Assembly (NCBI GenBank): GCA_002722525.1
Contig: PBMJ01000035.1
Span: 15 to 64,014 of the forward strand
Direction: 5' to 3'
Length of the DNA stretch: 64,000 bases
Source: Acidimicrobiaceae bacterium
GTDB lineage: Bacteria; Actinomycetota; Acidimicrobiia; Acidimicrobiales; UBA8592
The translations under genes were made by a program, and so were the position numbers. Below the pieces are notes generated by a model. It made no database searches, was not told the origin of the DNA, and saw nothing but the letters and a program-made list of their open reading frames with translations. Positions 39,985 to 49,590 of the stretch are shown here, piece after piece (position 1 is the first letter of the stretch; every line of letters starts with the position of its first letter).

Positions 39985-40362
39985 TCAGCTCGCTATCAAT
40001 TCTCCGTACTGCTCAGGTGATAATAAGTCCGGCATGGACTCATCTGATAATTGAATTGTACAAATCCAGCCATCACCGTATGGGTCTTCGTTTAACAGCT
40101 CTGGTGATTCAACAAGGTCGTGGTTGACTTCAATGATCGTTCCAGGGATAGGTGCGTATATATCGGAGACCGACTTGGTGGACTCAACCTCTGTAATACT
40201 TTGGCCAGAACTTACAACGCCTCCAATATCTGGAAGATCAACGAACACAACATCACCAAGTGCATCCTGAGCATAATCAGTTATTCCAATTACAGCTGTG
40301 CCACTCTCTATTCGCACCCACTCATGATCTGAGGAATACAGCAAATTCTCAGGAATATTCAT
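39985..40362 (-). CDS. gcvH: Glycine cleavage system H protein
   Basis: HEWV, GITDYAQDALGDVVFV, VESTKSVSD (lipoyl-Lys), N.DPYGDGW; ATG 40362 preceded by TACAGT-N6. Confidence 0.95.
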   Translation of the reverse strand: MNIPENLLYSSDHEWVRIESGTAVIGITDYAQDALGDVVFVDLPDIGGVVSSGQSITEVESTKSVSDIYAPIPGTIIEVNHDLVESPELLNEDPYGDGWICTIQLSDESMPDLLSPEQYGELIAS

Positions 40363-40405
40363 ATTCTGACTGTACACCCTACGTATGCAAATTTCCTCTT
40401 GGAAT

Positions 40406-41017
40406 TTACTGAAGCGATTCTCTATGTTCCTTCAGTGCATTACGTGCTAGTGGAATGTAGCCGAAGGCAGCGTAATAGTGAAGAAGGAGTGACGGAACCC
40501 CGATACAGTAAGCGATAATTTCCCATACTTCAGAATGTGTGCCGACTGTTCCAGCAGATATGAGGAAAAATGGGAATACGAACATTAGCCCAAAACTACT
40601 TGTCTTTCCTAGCCACGTTACTTCTATTGCTTTTGCGCCTAAACCACCCAAAATCAATGCTGCAATAGCAACAATTGACTCCCGTACTAGTGTTAGAATT
40701 CCAAACCAGATTGGCACTGAACCATCTATTAGCATTGAGAATACTGCGACCAAAAACATCACCCTATCAGCAGTGGGATCAAGAATTTTCCCAAGGTCTG
40801 AGACCTGATCAAATCTTCGCGCTATCCAACCATCGACCCAGTCTGTGGCACCCAGTATTCCAAGTAATAATGCAGCAGCTAATCTGCGTTCTTCTCCCAA
40901 AAGAAGCCAAACAAATATTGGCACCGTTCCAAGCCGGGCGATCGAAATAACATTTGGAATAGTATAAATGTTGTCTCTCCAGCTTGAATCTAGTTCTGAA
41001 TCACCATTTACTTCCAT
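40406..41017 (-). CDS. CDP-alcohol phosphatidyltransferase (PgsA2/cardiolipin-synthase-like)
   Basis: TIPNVIS.AR, TDWVDGWIARRFDQVSDLGKILDPTADR. Confidence 0.92.
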   Translation of the reverse strand: MEVNGDSELDSSWRDNIYTIPNVISIARLGTVPIFVWLLLGEERRLAAALLLGILGATDWVDGWIARRFDQVSDLGKILDPTADRVMFLVAVFSMLIDGSVPIWFGILTLVRESIVAIAALILGGLGAKAIEVTWLGKTSSFGLMFVFPFFLISAGTVGTHSEVWEIIAYCIGVPSLLLHYYAAFGYIPLARNALKEHRESLQ

Positions 41018-41056
41018 TAGAGTTCCTTAGTCTATTATGGATCATTGGAGTAAAGA

Positions 41057-41476
41057 ATGTCTTCTGTATTCACTAAAATTATCGCAGGCGATCTACCTGG
41101 ACATTTTGTGTGGAAAGATGAGTTATCTGTTGCATTCCTGTCCATAAACCCTATCGCTACTGGGCACACTCTTGTGATTCCTAGATTAGAAGTAGACCAT
41201 TGGTTGGATCTACCCCCAGAGATGAACACCCACTTGGTTAAAGTGGCCCAAATTATCGGCAAAGCTCAGATGGATGCTTTTCGCCCACTTAGGGTCGGCA
41301 TGATAATCGCAGGCTTAGAAGTGCCGCATACCCATCTTCATGTTATCCCCATGGAAGGGATGCAGGATCTAGATTTTTCTAGAGCAGATACTACCGTTGA
41401 CCAATCAGCACTCTCTGCTAACGCACTCCTAATAAAAAAGTGTTTGGAGTCCAAGGGGCATTCAACTGGGATCTGA
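41057..41476 (+). CDS. HIT-family protein
   Basis: SVFTKII.G, GHTLVIP, EVPHTHLHVIP. Confidence 0.93.
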   Translation: MSSVFTKIIAGDLPGHFVWKDELSVAFLSINPIATGHTLVIPRLEVDHWLDLPPEMNTHLVKVAQIIGKAQMDAFRPLRVGMIIAGLEVPHTHLHVIPMEGMQDLDFSRADTTVDQSALSANALLIKKCLESKGHSTGI

Positions 41477-41480
41477 TCAC

Positions 41481-43013
41481 TTATTCTTGTGTAAGGGATA
41501 CTAGGCCTTGCCTTTCAGCTTCTGCAGGCGTTACGTAGGCCTCAATTCCAGCATTACTATATACCTGAACGAATCTTTGCCCTACACGAATATCCGCTTG
41601 AAAGTCAAGAATATCTACTCCAATCCAACCAATTGGAACTTCGCTTCTATCAAAAATAAACCAGTTAACATTTCTGACGGCATCACCGCCTAGCCTGTCA
41701 TCGTATTCACTAGGTGGTGAAAATTCGAGAAGGGCAATCCGTTCGCTTAATAGAGGTAGCATTTTCTCCGAGGCACGAACTACTGCGTCATCTGGAACTA
41801 GCTCAGCCAATTCAAGTCGGGCAACATCAACTGGATTTTGCCTGCCCCATGTCCATGGCTCTTCGTAAGGAGACGTAACTGAGTTCGCAGCAAAAAACAC
41901 TATCGAAGTAAAAAGTAATGCTCCGATAATTGCTCTATCTACGTTGACTCTTTGGACGATAATGCTTCCGGTTTTAGCAAGGGCGAAAATCAAAGCAACG
42001 AAGATGAATACAGTTATAGGAATAGTTTGACTTGCTTCACTTAGTTCTCCATTTTGCACATTAGCAGTTAGATAAATCGCGAAAAGTGGAAGGGCAGGAA
42101 CCAGATATCTTGGAGCTACAACAGGTAGAAACAAAACTGGTGCAAGGAGTGAGACTCCGACTAGAAAATTAGCTTGTGAGAAAAGTTCGGATAGAAATAC
42201 CAAAGGGCTGATGATGATTCCCCATACAACCGAAAATGGGTTACCACTCCCGTAATCAGAGAACGCCTCTACGTGTGGATAGTGCCCAGCGTTATACAGC
42301 GGTTGAACTCCAAGAATAAAGATGGTGGCCCATGCAATCCCGAGACTTAATGTCTGGTATCCGATCTTTTTCTTACCCTCTAAGAGCCATAGAACCCCCA
42401 ACCCTGCAATGGCAAGTCCCAAGTCTGCCCTTGCTAGGAGTGCAATCGTAACAAAAATCCAATATCTCAATGTTTTTTCTGAAAAGCCCGAATAAACAGC
42501 AGAGAAGAGAAGAGGTAAAGCTAATACTTCTAAGTGAAACCCCGCGATATTCACTGCATGAACAGCGCTATAGAGGCTGTATACAATAATGATGGCGGTA
42601 CTAGCCCCTGTCCTCAAATGAGCAATATTGCGGCTCATTCGCCAGAGTGGAATTACAGCTAAGGCTAAAGCGCCTGCTTGAATAATTATCAGTGTTATTG
42701 CGGTTGGAAACAGCTTCGTTAAGCCTGCTATAGGGTATATTAAGTAGCCTCCTTGCAAGGAAAGGTAATTCTGACCAAGTAAGGATGCATCTGGGGTAAA
42801 TCCTTCGCCAATAAGCCAAACGGATTGCATAATAGCTGCAAGCCCCGCATCCTGACTTAGTTCGCGTGACCTTGCTAGTGCTAATAAAGCAAAAATAGTC
42901 CATAGAACGACAACACAGCACCACGGGAAAAATCTGTCAAAAGCAGAGCTCTCAAAGCGGGCCTGCCATTTTAAGAGTCTATATTCAAGACGTTTTCGCC
43001 AATGTAATGTCAT
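41481..43013 (-). CDS. DUF2079-like multi-pass membrane protein (GT-C-type glycosyltransferase-like)
   Basis: D.G...QSVW, IIQAGALAL..IPLW, GFHLE..ALP, multiple TM, C-terminal soluble domain. Confidence 0.65.
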   Translation of the reverse strand: MTLHWRKRLEYRLLKWQARFESSAFDRFFPWCCVVVLWTIFALLALARSRELSQDAGLAAIMQSVWLIGEGFTPDASLLGQNYLSLQGGYLIYPIAGLTKLFPTAITLIIIQAGALALAVIPLWRMSRNIAHLRTGASTAIIIVYSLYSAVHAVNIAGFHLEVLALPLLFSAVYSGFSEKTLRYWIFVTIALLARADLGLAIAGLGVLWLLEGKKKIGYQTLSLGIAWATIFILGVQPLYNAGHYPHVEAFSDYGSGNPFSVVWGIIISPLVFLSELFSQANFLVGVSLLAPVLFLPVVAPRYLVPALPLFAIYLTANVQNGELSEASQTIPITVFIFVALIFALAKTGSIIVQRVNVDRAIIGALLFTSIVFFAANSVTSPYEEPWTWGRQNPVDVARLELAELVPDDAVVRASEKMLPLLSERIALLEFSPPSEYDDRLGGDAVRNVNWFIFDRSEVPIGWIGVDILDFQADIRVGQRFVQVYSNAGIEAYVTPAEAERQGLVSLTQE

Positions 43014-43076
43014 GGTTTAACTAAAATAGCAGAACACCAAGTAGTTCAGGAATACCTACGCATTACTTATTATGCT

Positions 43077-46000
43077 CTAACCTGAATAGGACAGGTAGTA
43101 GAACGCTCCAGCTGCACTGACTCCTGTGACATTTCTTCCCGGCGCTCCCACAATTAGGTCGCCATTCAATGAAGCGAACGACAGTCCAAAGAGGGCTTCC
43201 GCTTGGGAGTTGCCCGTGATTGATGACTGATATGGGTACAGTATTTGATCATTCCCAGTTGAGATTTCACCATTAAGTCCAGGGAGTATCGCTACTGCAC
43301 CAGCATTCATTTTCTTTGATATTGACTCACCAGGCACTCCGATGACCACATCAAGATTCTCATCTTCAATTAAGTCAACCACTTCAATGTAATGGCCGAA
43401 TTGATCGCCGCTTTCAACTCTGTTTTTAACCCCTCTGGCATTTTGATAAAGGGTTTGGACACTGGGGTCTGTTTGCGACCAGTCTCCGGGGTTGTATCGT
43501 ATTTGAACTTGTCCAGCATTTTGGTGTTGCCCCAAGTCTTCTCCAGGTATTCCTACTACAAGGTCCCCTATGCCGTCGTTATCTATGTCCCCTATAGCGA
43601 GAGCTGATGCAAATCTGTCTCCTGTTTCTGCTCTTCCAGGCCAATTGGGAGAATTTTGATAATACCAATCGCTTCCTATTCCGGATGTACCCTGAGCTGA
43701 TCCATAGAGAATATGCAGGGCTCCGGCTTCGTATTTCGTTCGCGCTCCCCAACCCACTGTCTCGCCAGGAACACCGATTACAATATCGTCGTACTGGTCT
43801 CCGTTGATATTGCCGACGGCAATTGCTTCACCAAAGGCATCATCAACTTCAGGCTTACTTCTGATTCTTCTCGTATATTGGTGGAGGGTTGTACTTCCTT
43901 CTCCATTCAATCCATTGTTGGAGCCATAGATCACATGAGCTAAACCAGCTCTTTCCTGTTTTGCCACCCCTTCACCAGGTACTCCAACAACCAAGTCATC
44001 GTATGAATCTCCGTTTATGTCACCCGACGCTAACGAGAATCCAAACAGGTCACCTACTTCAGAGTGGGTGCCTATTCCGGGACTATATTGATGTAGCGAT
44101 GAGGGTGCTGACAGTCCGGAATTGCTTCCGTACAGAACTGTAATCATTCCAGCATCTATTAGCTGATTATTGCTACCTAGATCTTCGTTGGGGACACCAA
44201 TCACTAGGTCATCAAAGCCATCATTGTTAAAATCTCCTGCGATAAGAGATGAACCGAATCGATCGCCGCTTTCAGGGTCTGTTGTGAAGCCGTCACTTCC
44301 TTGGTTGAAGATTGAAATAGTCGCTAAATCAAGTGTTCCGTTGAAAACGTATACTGCTCCTGCGTTGCTCGCCCCATTAATTGCTAATCCTGGGGCTCCA
44401 ACGGCAATATCATCAGTACCGTCTCCATTAAAGTCTCCTGTTGCCATGGAGGTCCCTAGCCTGTCGTTCTGTGTTGGGCCAGCATCTGCGGGTATTGAAC
44501 GTCTATCAATTTGAGTTCCTGAATAGGGCCTGGGGACTACTGGTGATGATGGATCTGATGACTGACTTTGACCTATAGCGTTTTCCGCTATAACAGTGAA
44601 TGTGTAGCTAGCGCCATTTACGAGATTATTCACATTGCACTGAACTGAACTTGTGGTGCAAGATGCACCCGCTGGTGTACTTGTCACTCGGTATAGAGTG
44701 ATGGGTGTTCCCCCATTCGATGAGGGCGCATCCCAAGTGATAGTAGCTGAACCATCCATTGCCGTTGCGGTAACGTTTGATGGTGTTGTCGGAACTGAGA
44801 AGGTAGTAAACGTTGATATGGCCCAGTTGCTAAATCCGGTTGCATTTTCAGCTCGACTTCGGAAAATGTATTCTACACCATTTGAAAGGCCAGAAATGTT
44901 GACTGAATTCACAGTACCGGTTTCTATTTGATTCCATAAAGTACCAGTATGCGACTCAATCCAATCTATATAGGCGGAGACTCGTGTATAGACACCGGGG
45001 TATCCACTTTGTGCGCATCCTTCTCCCCAACTCACGATTCCGACGAGGTAAAGGGCACCAGCGTAGTTGCCGACAAGTGGTCCGCCGCTATCTCCTTGAC
45101 AACTATCGACACCTTGTCCACCGGCGCAGAGCATAACCGAATCTAAGATTTCAACACCACTTGAACCTGGATATGATCCGCATTGGTCGTCGACTGACAC
45201 AAGAGCACCTTGGAGAACATCCGAGGCGCTTCCGCCCCATGATGTCCTTCCCCAACCAGTAACAAAGAGAGAGTCGCCATCCTCTGGAAGTGAATACAAA
45301 TCGAATGGTGGGAGTGATCCCGACTGAATGGGCGTTTCAAGGTGTATTAGCCCTATATCATTTGCCATAGTATTTCGATTCCAATCAGGGTGTATCAAAA
45401 CTTGGTCAGCGGACACGTACGTTGAAGCTGGAAGGTTCGTAATTCCGTGTGCGACACTTACCGAACTCGCAGTTACGTATGCAGAACCCCCGTTTGGAAG
45501 ATACTCGAGGCAATGTGCTGCTGTAATAACCCATTCATCTGAGAGTATTGACCCTCCACAGGACATTACCCATCCGGGATCAGTCGCAACCTCAAGCGAG
45601 ACTTGATAGGGGTGATTTGTTATAGACACTGGATTCCCGCCAACAATGTCGGGAGTAACCTCCCCGTAGGTATTTGAAACTGCTAGCCATTCTCCAACGT
45701 CCGATTCAACCTTTCGGTACTGTATTTCATATCCCTCAATCGCTGACCCACCATTGTTCGGGGTTCCCCAAGATAATTGGACTTCACCTGACGCTGTTGA
45801 AACAACCGCTAAACTATCGGGAGAATCTGGAACTGCCAATGGGGTTACGTCACTTGATGCAGTTGATGGAGAGCTTTCGCCGATGGCGTTCGTTGCGGTC
45901 ACAGTGAAGCTATAACTTGTGCCATTCGTGAGCTCTTCTATCGTGCAGCTAAGGCCTGCAGTGTTGCATGAAAGTGCACCTGGGTTAGAAGTTGCTGTAT

Positions 46001-48794
46001 ACCCAGTAATTGCCGATCCGCCATTGGTGGTCGGCTGTTGCCACGTTATTGTCGCCTGTCCCGATGTAGCTGATGCAGTGACATTAAGAGGTGCACTCGG
46101 CGCGCTGGCTGGTACAGTTGCGGGGCTACTAGCACTGGCATCACTCTGGTTTCCTCCCGTATAGTTCGCAACGACAGTGAACGTGTAGGAAGTACCATTC
46201 GTTAAACCAGTGACGACACAGGAATTAGTTGATGTTGTGCATGACCCGCTAGGGGTTCCTGCAACAACGTATCCTTCGAGACTACTTAGATCAGATAACG
46301 CTGGCGAGTCCCAGGTTACAAGCACTTGGGAATCACCTGGAGACGCGTCGACATTTGTTGGCGGCGGATACTGCATAGTTTCTTCAAGGATCACTAATCC
46401 TTTAGACCATGTCTCCCCTAGAGAAGTTCCTGATAGTCCCACTCTATAATTACCTGCTATCGCGGGGGATATCTCTTCAGGGATAAGCCATCCATAGCTC
46501 TCGTTCGAGAGTGCTTGATTAGCATTTATAGTTATTGTTTCTGAGTTAACTGGCTCAAGAATTAATCGAGCACAGAAGAAAGTTCCTTGATCCCAATCCC
46601 AATCGTCGAGTATCTTTAACTTCCAATCTCCTGATGTCGATTTACCATTAAATGCAGATAAAGCTTCTCTAGGCCTCGATTCGCCAACGTATGGAGGTGC
46701 TCGGTCGGAGATTGACTCAGAGGCGCTATCGGTAAAGTAGGCTAAATTCCCCGAACAATCTTGATCCCCAGTACCGTAGTTATTTTGTGACCCACCGTTT
46801 CTCCTGGCGAGCAGAACTTCTGTGCCATCAGGATGGACAAGTGAAATATTTAGATCAGCTACATAAGTGTGATCAAATCGCAGTCCCAATTGAACACTAT
46901 CGATTGTCCCGCCCTCTTCTACAGATAAAATCACTTCAGTAAGGTCATCTTGCCCACCGATATCTGGCATAGAGTACACACCCTCAACCTCTGCAAATGC
47001 TACGGACTGTGCTATCAGATCTGCTGTTTCACCTATCGGCCCATCCCAGTCCCATGATGTTTGAACAACTTCTTCGGGGCTTGGAACTTCAATCTCCCGC
47101 GGCAGGATAAATTCGAATGTTCTTTCTTCAACATTAAAAGTTGCGGAACTTCGAATAGTACGCCCGGAGTTATCAGCTACTTCAGCAGTTAGCCGAAGAA
47201 GCCCAATAGTGTTTGTTTGGTAGGTTAAAGTTGCGCCATTTCCTAGTGTGTTTCCGGAAACATCTTTCCATGTAACTGAACTTGATACATCTGTTCCATC
47301 CGACCGCAAGGCAATTGCAGTGATCTGGATTTGTTCATTTTGATAGATGGTCAATCCTTGTGTATGGCCTGGAAACGTTATTGATCCTGATGTTGTTGCA
47401 AGTTCTACTGCAACTTGAGCATCTAGCTCTCCTCCGAAAGCCAAAATACCGTTTAATACATTTGTAGGTCGAACGGAGTCACTGAGTATTGCTGATATTT
47501 CTTGCGGAGACGCCCCCGGTTTCATTCCAAGGATCAATGCGGCTACACCAGCTACATGTGGACTCGCCATAGAAGTTCCATTTAGTGAAGCGTAACAATC
47601 AGAGCCACTTGTTTGACCGCAGTACTGATGTGAAATTGTTGAGAGTATAGATACTCCTGGAGCTGCTATATCAACATTACTGATTCCGTAATTAGAAAAG
47701 CTAGCTAAATCCCCCGATGAATTTATTGCTGCGACACTTATTATGTTCGTGTTGCTATATGCAGCAGGATATGAAGGATCTGAGTCTATATCTCGTCCGG
47801 AATTACCTGCAGCAGCTACGAATGTATGGCCAGCCTGGTTTGCCGACTCAATTGCATTGAAGAGGCTTGTGCTGTAACCACCTCCACCCCATGAATTATT
47901 AGAGATTGGAGCCCCATTAGCTACTGCGTAATTTAGAGCAGCAATCGCATTATTGCTGAATCCATTACCAGAGGAATCCAAGAACCGCAATGGCATTATC
48001 TTTATATTGTTTGCAACACCGGCAACACCAATGCTGTTGTTTCTTACAGCCGCGATAGTTCCTGCGACATGCGTCCCGTGTCCGTTGCCATCTTCAGGTG
48101 AATTGTCGTTGAAGGCAAAATCCCATCCATTAGTGTCATCGATATACCCATTCCCATCGTCATCTATTCCATTCCCTGGAATCTCATCCTGATTAGTCCA
48201 AATAACGGAAGATAAATCAGGATGGCTAACATCGACACCCGAGTCGATTACAGCAACGACGACTTCACTAGCTGCAGAGGAAATGCTCCATGCTGCCGAA
48301 GCATTAATTCCATGGTCACCTACAAGTCCCCAGAGTTCACCGATACGCGGATCATTTGAAATATTGTCTGCTCTAATAACCTGGTCGAACTCTACATATT
48401 CTATTAGCTCGGACACTGAGAGGAAGTTTTTTGCATTGATGTTACCTTTAACGGTTTCTAGCAAGTACATATTTGAATGAGGAAAGTGGTCAACTACCGT
48501 TGCGCCTATTTCGCTGAGCAAACGATTTATCTCGCTAGTTGAAGCGTCAGATGTGAATTTCGCTAACACTGCATATGGATTTGTTTGTAATTTTGGATAT
48601 TTCTCCAACATTTCTGTGGCGTAGTGGCGTGCCCACTGCCCTTCAGATTCAGTCAGACCCATTGCCATTTCCGAATCACCCTGAACTGTTTGAGCTATAT
48701 CGACGGCTACTGCAGAAGGTGCGAATAACAATGAACTGGCCATTGCTGCAGCTGTAATCATGACTGCTAGTTTGGAAATTGCAGTTTTTCTCAT
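43077..48794 (-). CDS. Large secreted multidomain protease: S8 subtilisin + P-domain + FN3 repeats + S1 trypsin + FG-GAP repeats
   Basis: Signal peptide; S8 triad VAVIDSG/HGTHVAG/GTSMASPH; HTYVADL P-domain; IVGG/TAAHC/DIGLI/GDSGGP trypsin; about 7 GDFNGDG.DDLVVG.P-type repeats; ATG 48794 preferred over 48827. Confidence 0.92.
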   Translation of the reverse strand: MRKTAISKLAVMITAAAMASSLLFAPSAVAVDIAQTVQGDSEMAMGLTESEGQWARHYATEMLEKYPKLQTNPYAVLAKFTSDASTSEINRLLSEIGATVVDHFPHSNMYLLETVKGNINAKNFLSVSELIEYVEFDQVIRADNISNDPRIGELWGLVGDHGINASAAWSISSAASEVVVAVIDSGVDVSHPDLSSVIWTNQDEIPGNGIDDDGNGYIDDTNGWDFAFNDNSPEDGNGHGTHVAGTIAAVRNNSIGVAGVANNIKIMPLRFLDSSGNGFSNNAIAALNYAVANGAPISNNSWGGGGYSTSLFNAIESANQAGHTFVAAAGNSGRDIDSDPSYPAAYSNTNIISVAAINSSGDLASFSNYGISNVDIAAPGVSILSTISHQYCGQTSGSDCYASLNGTSMASPHVAGVAALILGMKPGASPQEISAILSDSVRPTNVLNGILAFGGELDAQVAVELATTSGSITFPGHTQGLTIYQNEQIQITAIALRSDGTDVSSSVTWKDVSGNTLGNGATLTYQTNTIGLLRLTAEVADNSGRTIRSSATFNVEERTFEFILPREIEVPSPEEVVQTSWDWDGPIGETADLIAQSVAFAEVEGVYSMPDIGGQDDLTEVILSVEEGGTIDSVQLGLRFDHTYVADLNISLVHPDGTEVLLARRNGGSQNNYGTGDQDCSGNLAYFTDSASESISDRAPPYVGESRPREALSAFNGKSTSGDWKLKILDDWDWDQGTFFCARLILEPVNSETITINANQALSNESYGWLIPEEISPAIAGNYRVGLSGTSLGETWSKGLVILEETMQYPPPTNVDASPGDSQVLVTWDSPALSDLSSLEGYVVAGTPSGSCTTSTNSCVVTGLTNGTSYTFTVVANYTGGNQSDASASSPATVPASAPSAPLNVTASATSGQATITWQQPTTNGGSAITGYTATSNPGALSCNTAGLSCTIEELTNGTSYSFTVTATNAIGESSPSTASSDVTPLAVPDSPDSLAVVSTASGEVQLSWGTPNNGGSAIEGYEIQYRKVESDVGEWLAVSNTYGEVTPDIVGGNPVSITNHPYQVSLEVATDPGWVMSCGGSILSDEWVITAAHCLEYLPNGGSAYVTASSVSVAHGITNLPASTYVSADQVLIHPDWNRNTMANDIGLIHLETPIQSGSLPPFDLYSLPEDGDSLFVTGWGRTSWGGSASDVLQGALVSVDDQCGSYPGSSGVEILDSVMLCAGGQGVDSCQGDSGGPLVGNYAGALYLVGIVSWGEGCAQSGYPGVYTRVSAYIDWIESHTGTLWNQIETGTVNSVNISGLSNGVEYIFRSRAENATGFSNWAISTFTTFSVPTTPSNVTATAMDGSATITWDAPSSNGGTPITLYRVTSTPAGASCTTSSVQCNVNNLVNGASYTFTVIAENAIGQSQSSDPSSPVVPRPYSGTQIDRRSIPADAGPTQNDRLGTSMATGDFNGDGTDDIAVGAPGLAINGASNAGAVYVFNGTLDLATISIFNQGSDGFTTDPESGDRFGSSLIAGDFNNDGFDDLVIGVPNEDLGSNNQLIDAGMITVLYGSNSGLSAPSSLHQYSPGIGTHSEVGDLFGFSLASGDINGDSYDDLVVGVPGEGVAKQERAGLAHVIYGSNNGLNGEGSTTLHQYTRRIRSKPEVDDAFGEAIAVGNINGDQYDDIVIGVPGETVGWGARTKYEAGALHILYGSAQGTSGIGSDWYYQNSPNWPGRAETGDRFASALAIGDIDNDGIGDLVVGIPGEDLGQHQNAGQVQIRYNPGDWSQTDPSVQTLYQNARGVKNRVESGDQFGHYIEVVDLIEDENLDVVIGVPGESISKKMNAGAVAILPGLNGEISTGNDQILYPYQSSITGNSQAEALFGLSFASLNGDLIVGAPGRNVTGVSAAGAFYYLSYSG

Positions 48795-48897
48795 ATTTAG
48801 TTCATCTTGTCGATCCACGTTATACACATCCTAACTCAAGCTTTCTTATAATGGGCATCGCCCTATAGGCTCCGTGTAATCCTTATATGATTGTGTG

Positions 48898-49590
48898 ATG
48901 GCCATCGATGCGGTCCTTTTCGACCTTGACTACACACTTTTTGATTCTGAAGCTTCAGAGCGAGAAGCCCTCAATATGACTCTTCTTGACAATGGAGTTC
49001 CACCTACTGACAAAGCAATTACCCTCTATAAGGCTTTTAATAAAAGCCTTTGGGAGATGCTTGAAAAAGAGGCCATAGATCTGGAATATCTTCGAGTCAA
49101 TCGATTTGAACAATTATTAGAAGCACTTGATGAGAGTAAAGACCCTAAAGCCCTTGCTGATACTTACACGACGAATTTGGGAAAATGTGGAAGGTTCTAC
49201 CCTGAAGTAAAACCTCTTTTAGAAAGGTTACAAGGGAAAGTTAAATTGGCAATTGTCACTAATGGCGTCAGCGAAACGCAAAGGTTACGCCTAGAGATAC
49301 ATGATTACGAACGATACTTTGATGCCATTGTTGTTTCAGGCGAGTTTGGTATACCAAAACCAAATCCCGCTATATTCAATGAAGCACTCAATCTGCTTGG
49401 GCTAAGTGAAGATCGAAATGTAATGATGGTTGGAGATAGCCTCTCGTCTGATATGGAAGGGGCAAGGATTTCAGGTTTAATTTCATGTTGGTTTAATCCA
49501 GAAAGTGACAGAAATACCGCTGATGTAGGTGTTGATTACACAATTCAGTCTCTGATCGAGCTGGTAGAAATTTTAAATATCGGTAGCTGA
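48898..49590 (+). CDS. HAD hydrolase, YjjG-like nucleotidase
   Basis: FDLDYTLFD, VTNG, KP.P.IF, VGDSLSSD; TATGAT-N6-ATG. Confidence 0.88.
   Translation: MAIDAVLFDLDYTLFDSEASEREALNMTLLDNGVPPTDKAITLYKAFNKSLWEMLEKEAIDLEYLRVNRFEQLLEALDESKDPKALADTYTTNLGKCGRFYPEVKPLLERLQGKVKLAIVTNGVSETQRLRLEIHDYERYFDAIVVSGEFGIPKPNPAIFNEALNLLGLSEDRNVMMVGDSLSSDMEGARISGLISCWFNPESDRNTADVGVDYTIQSLIELVEILNIGS

Noticed and set aside
43080-46400. Repetitive sequence as a possible CRISPR array or DNA repeat element
   Set aside because: Repeats are degenerate protein-level FG-GAP and FN3 units; no identical DNA repeats with spacers and no cas genes.
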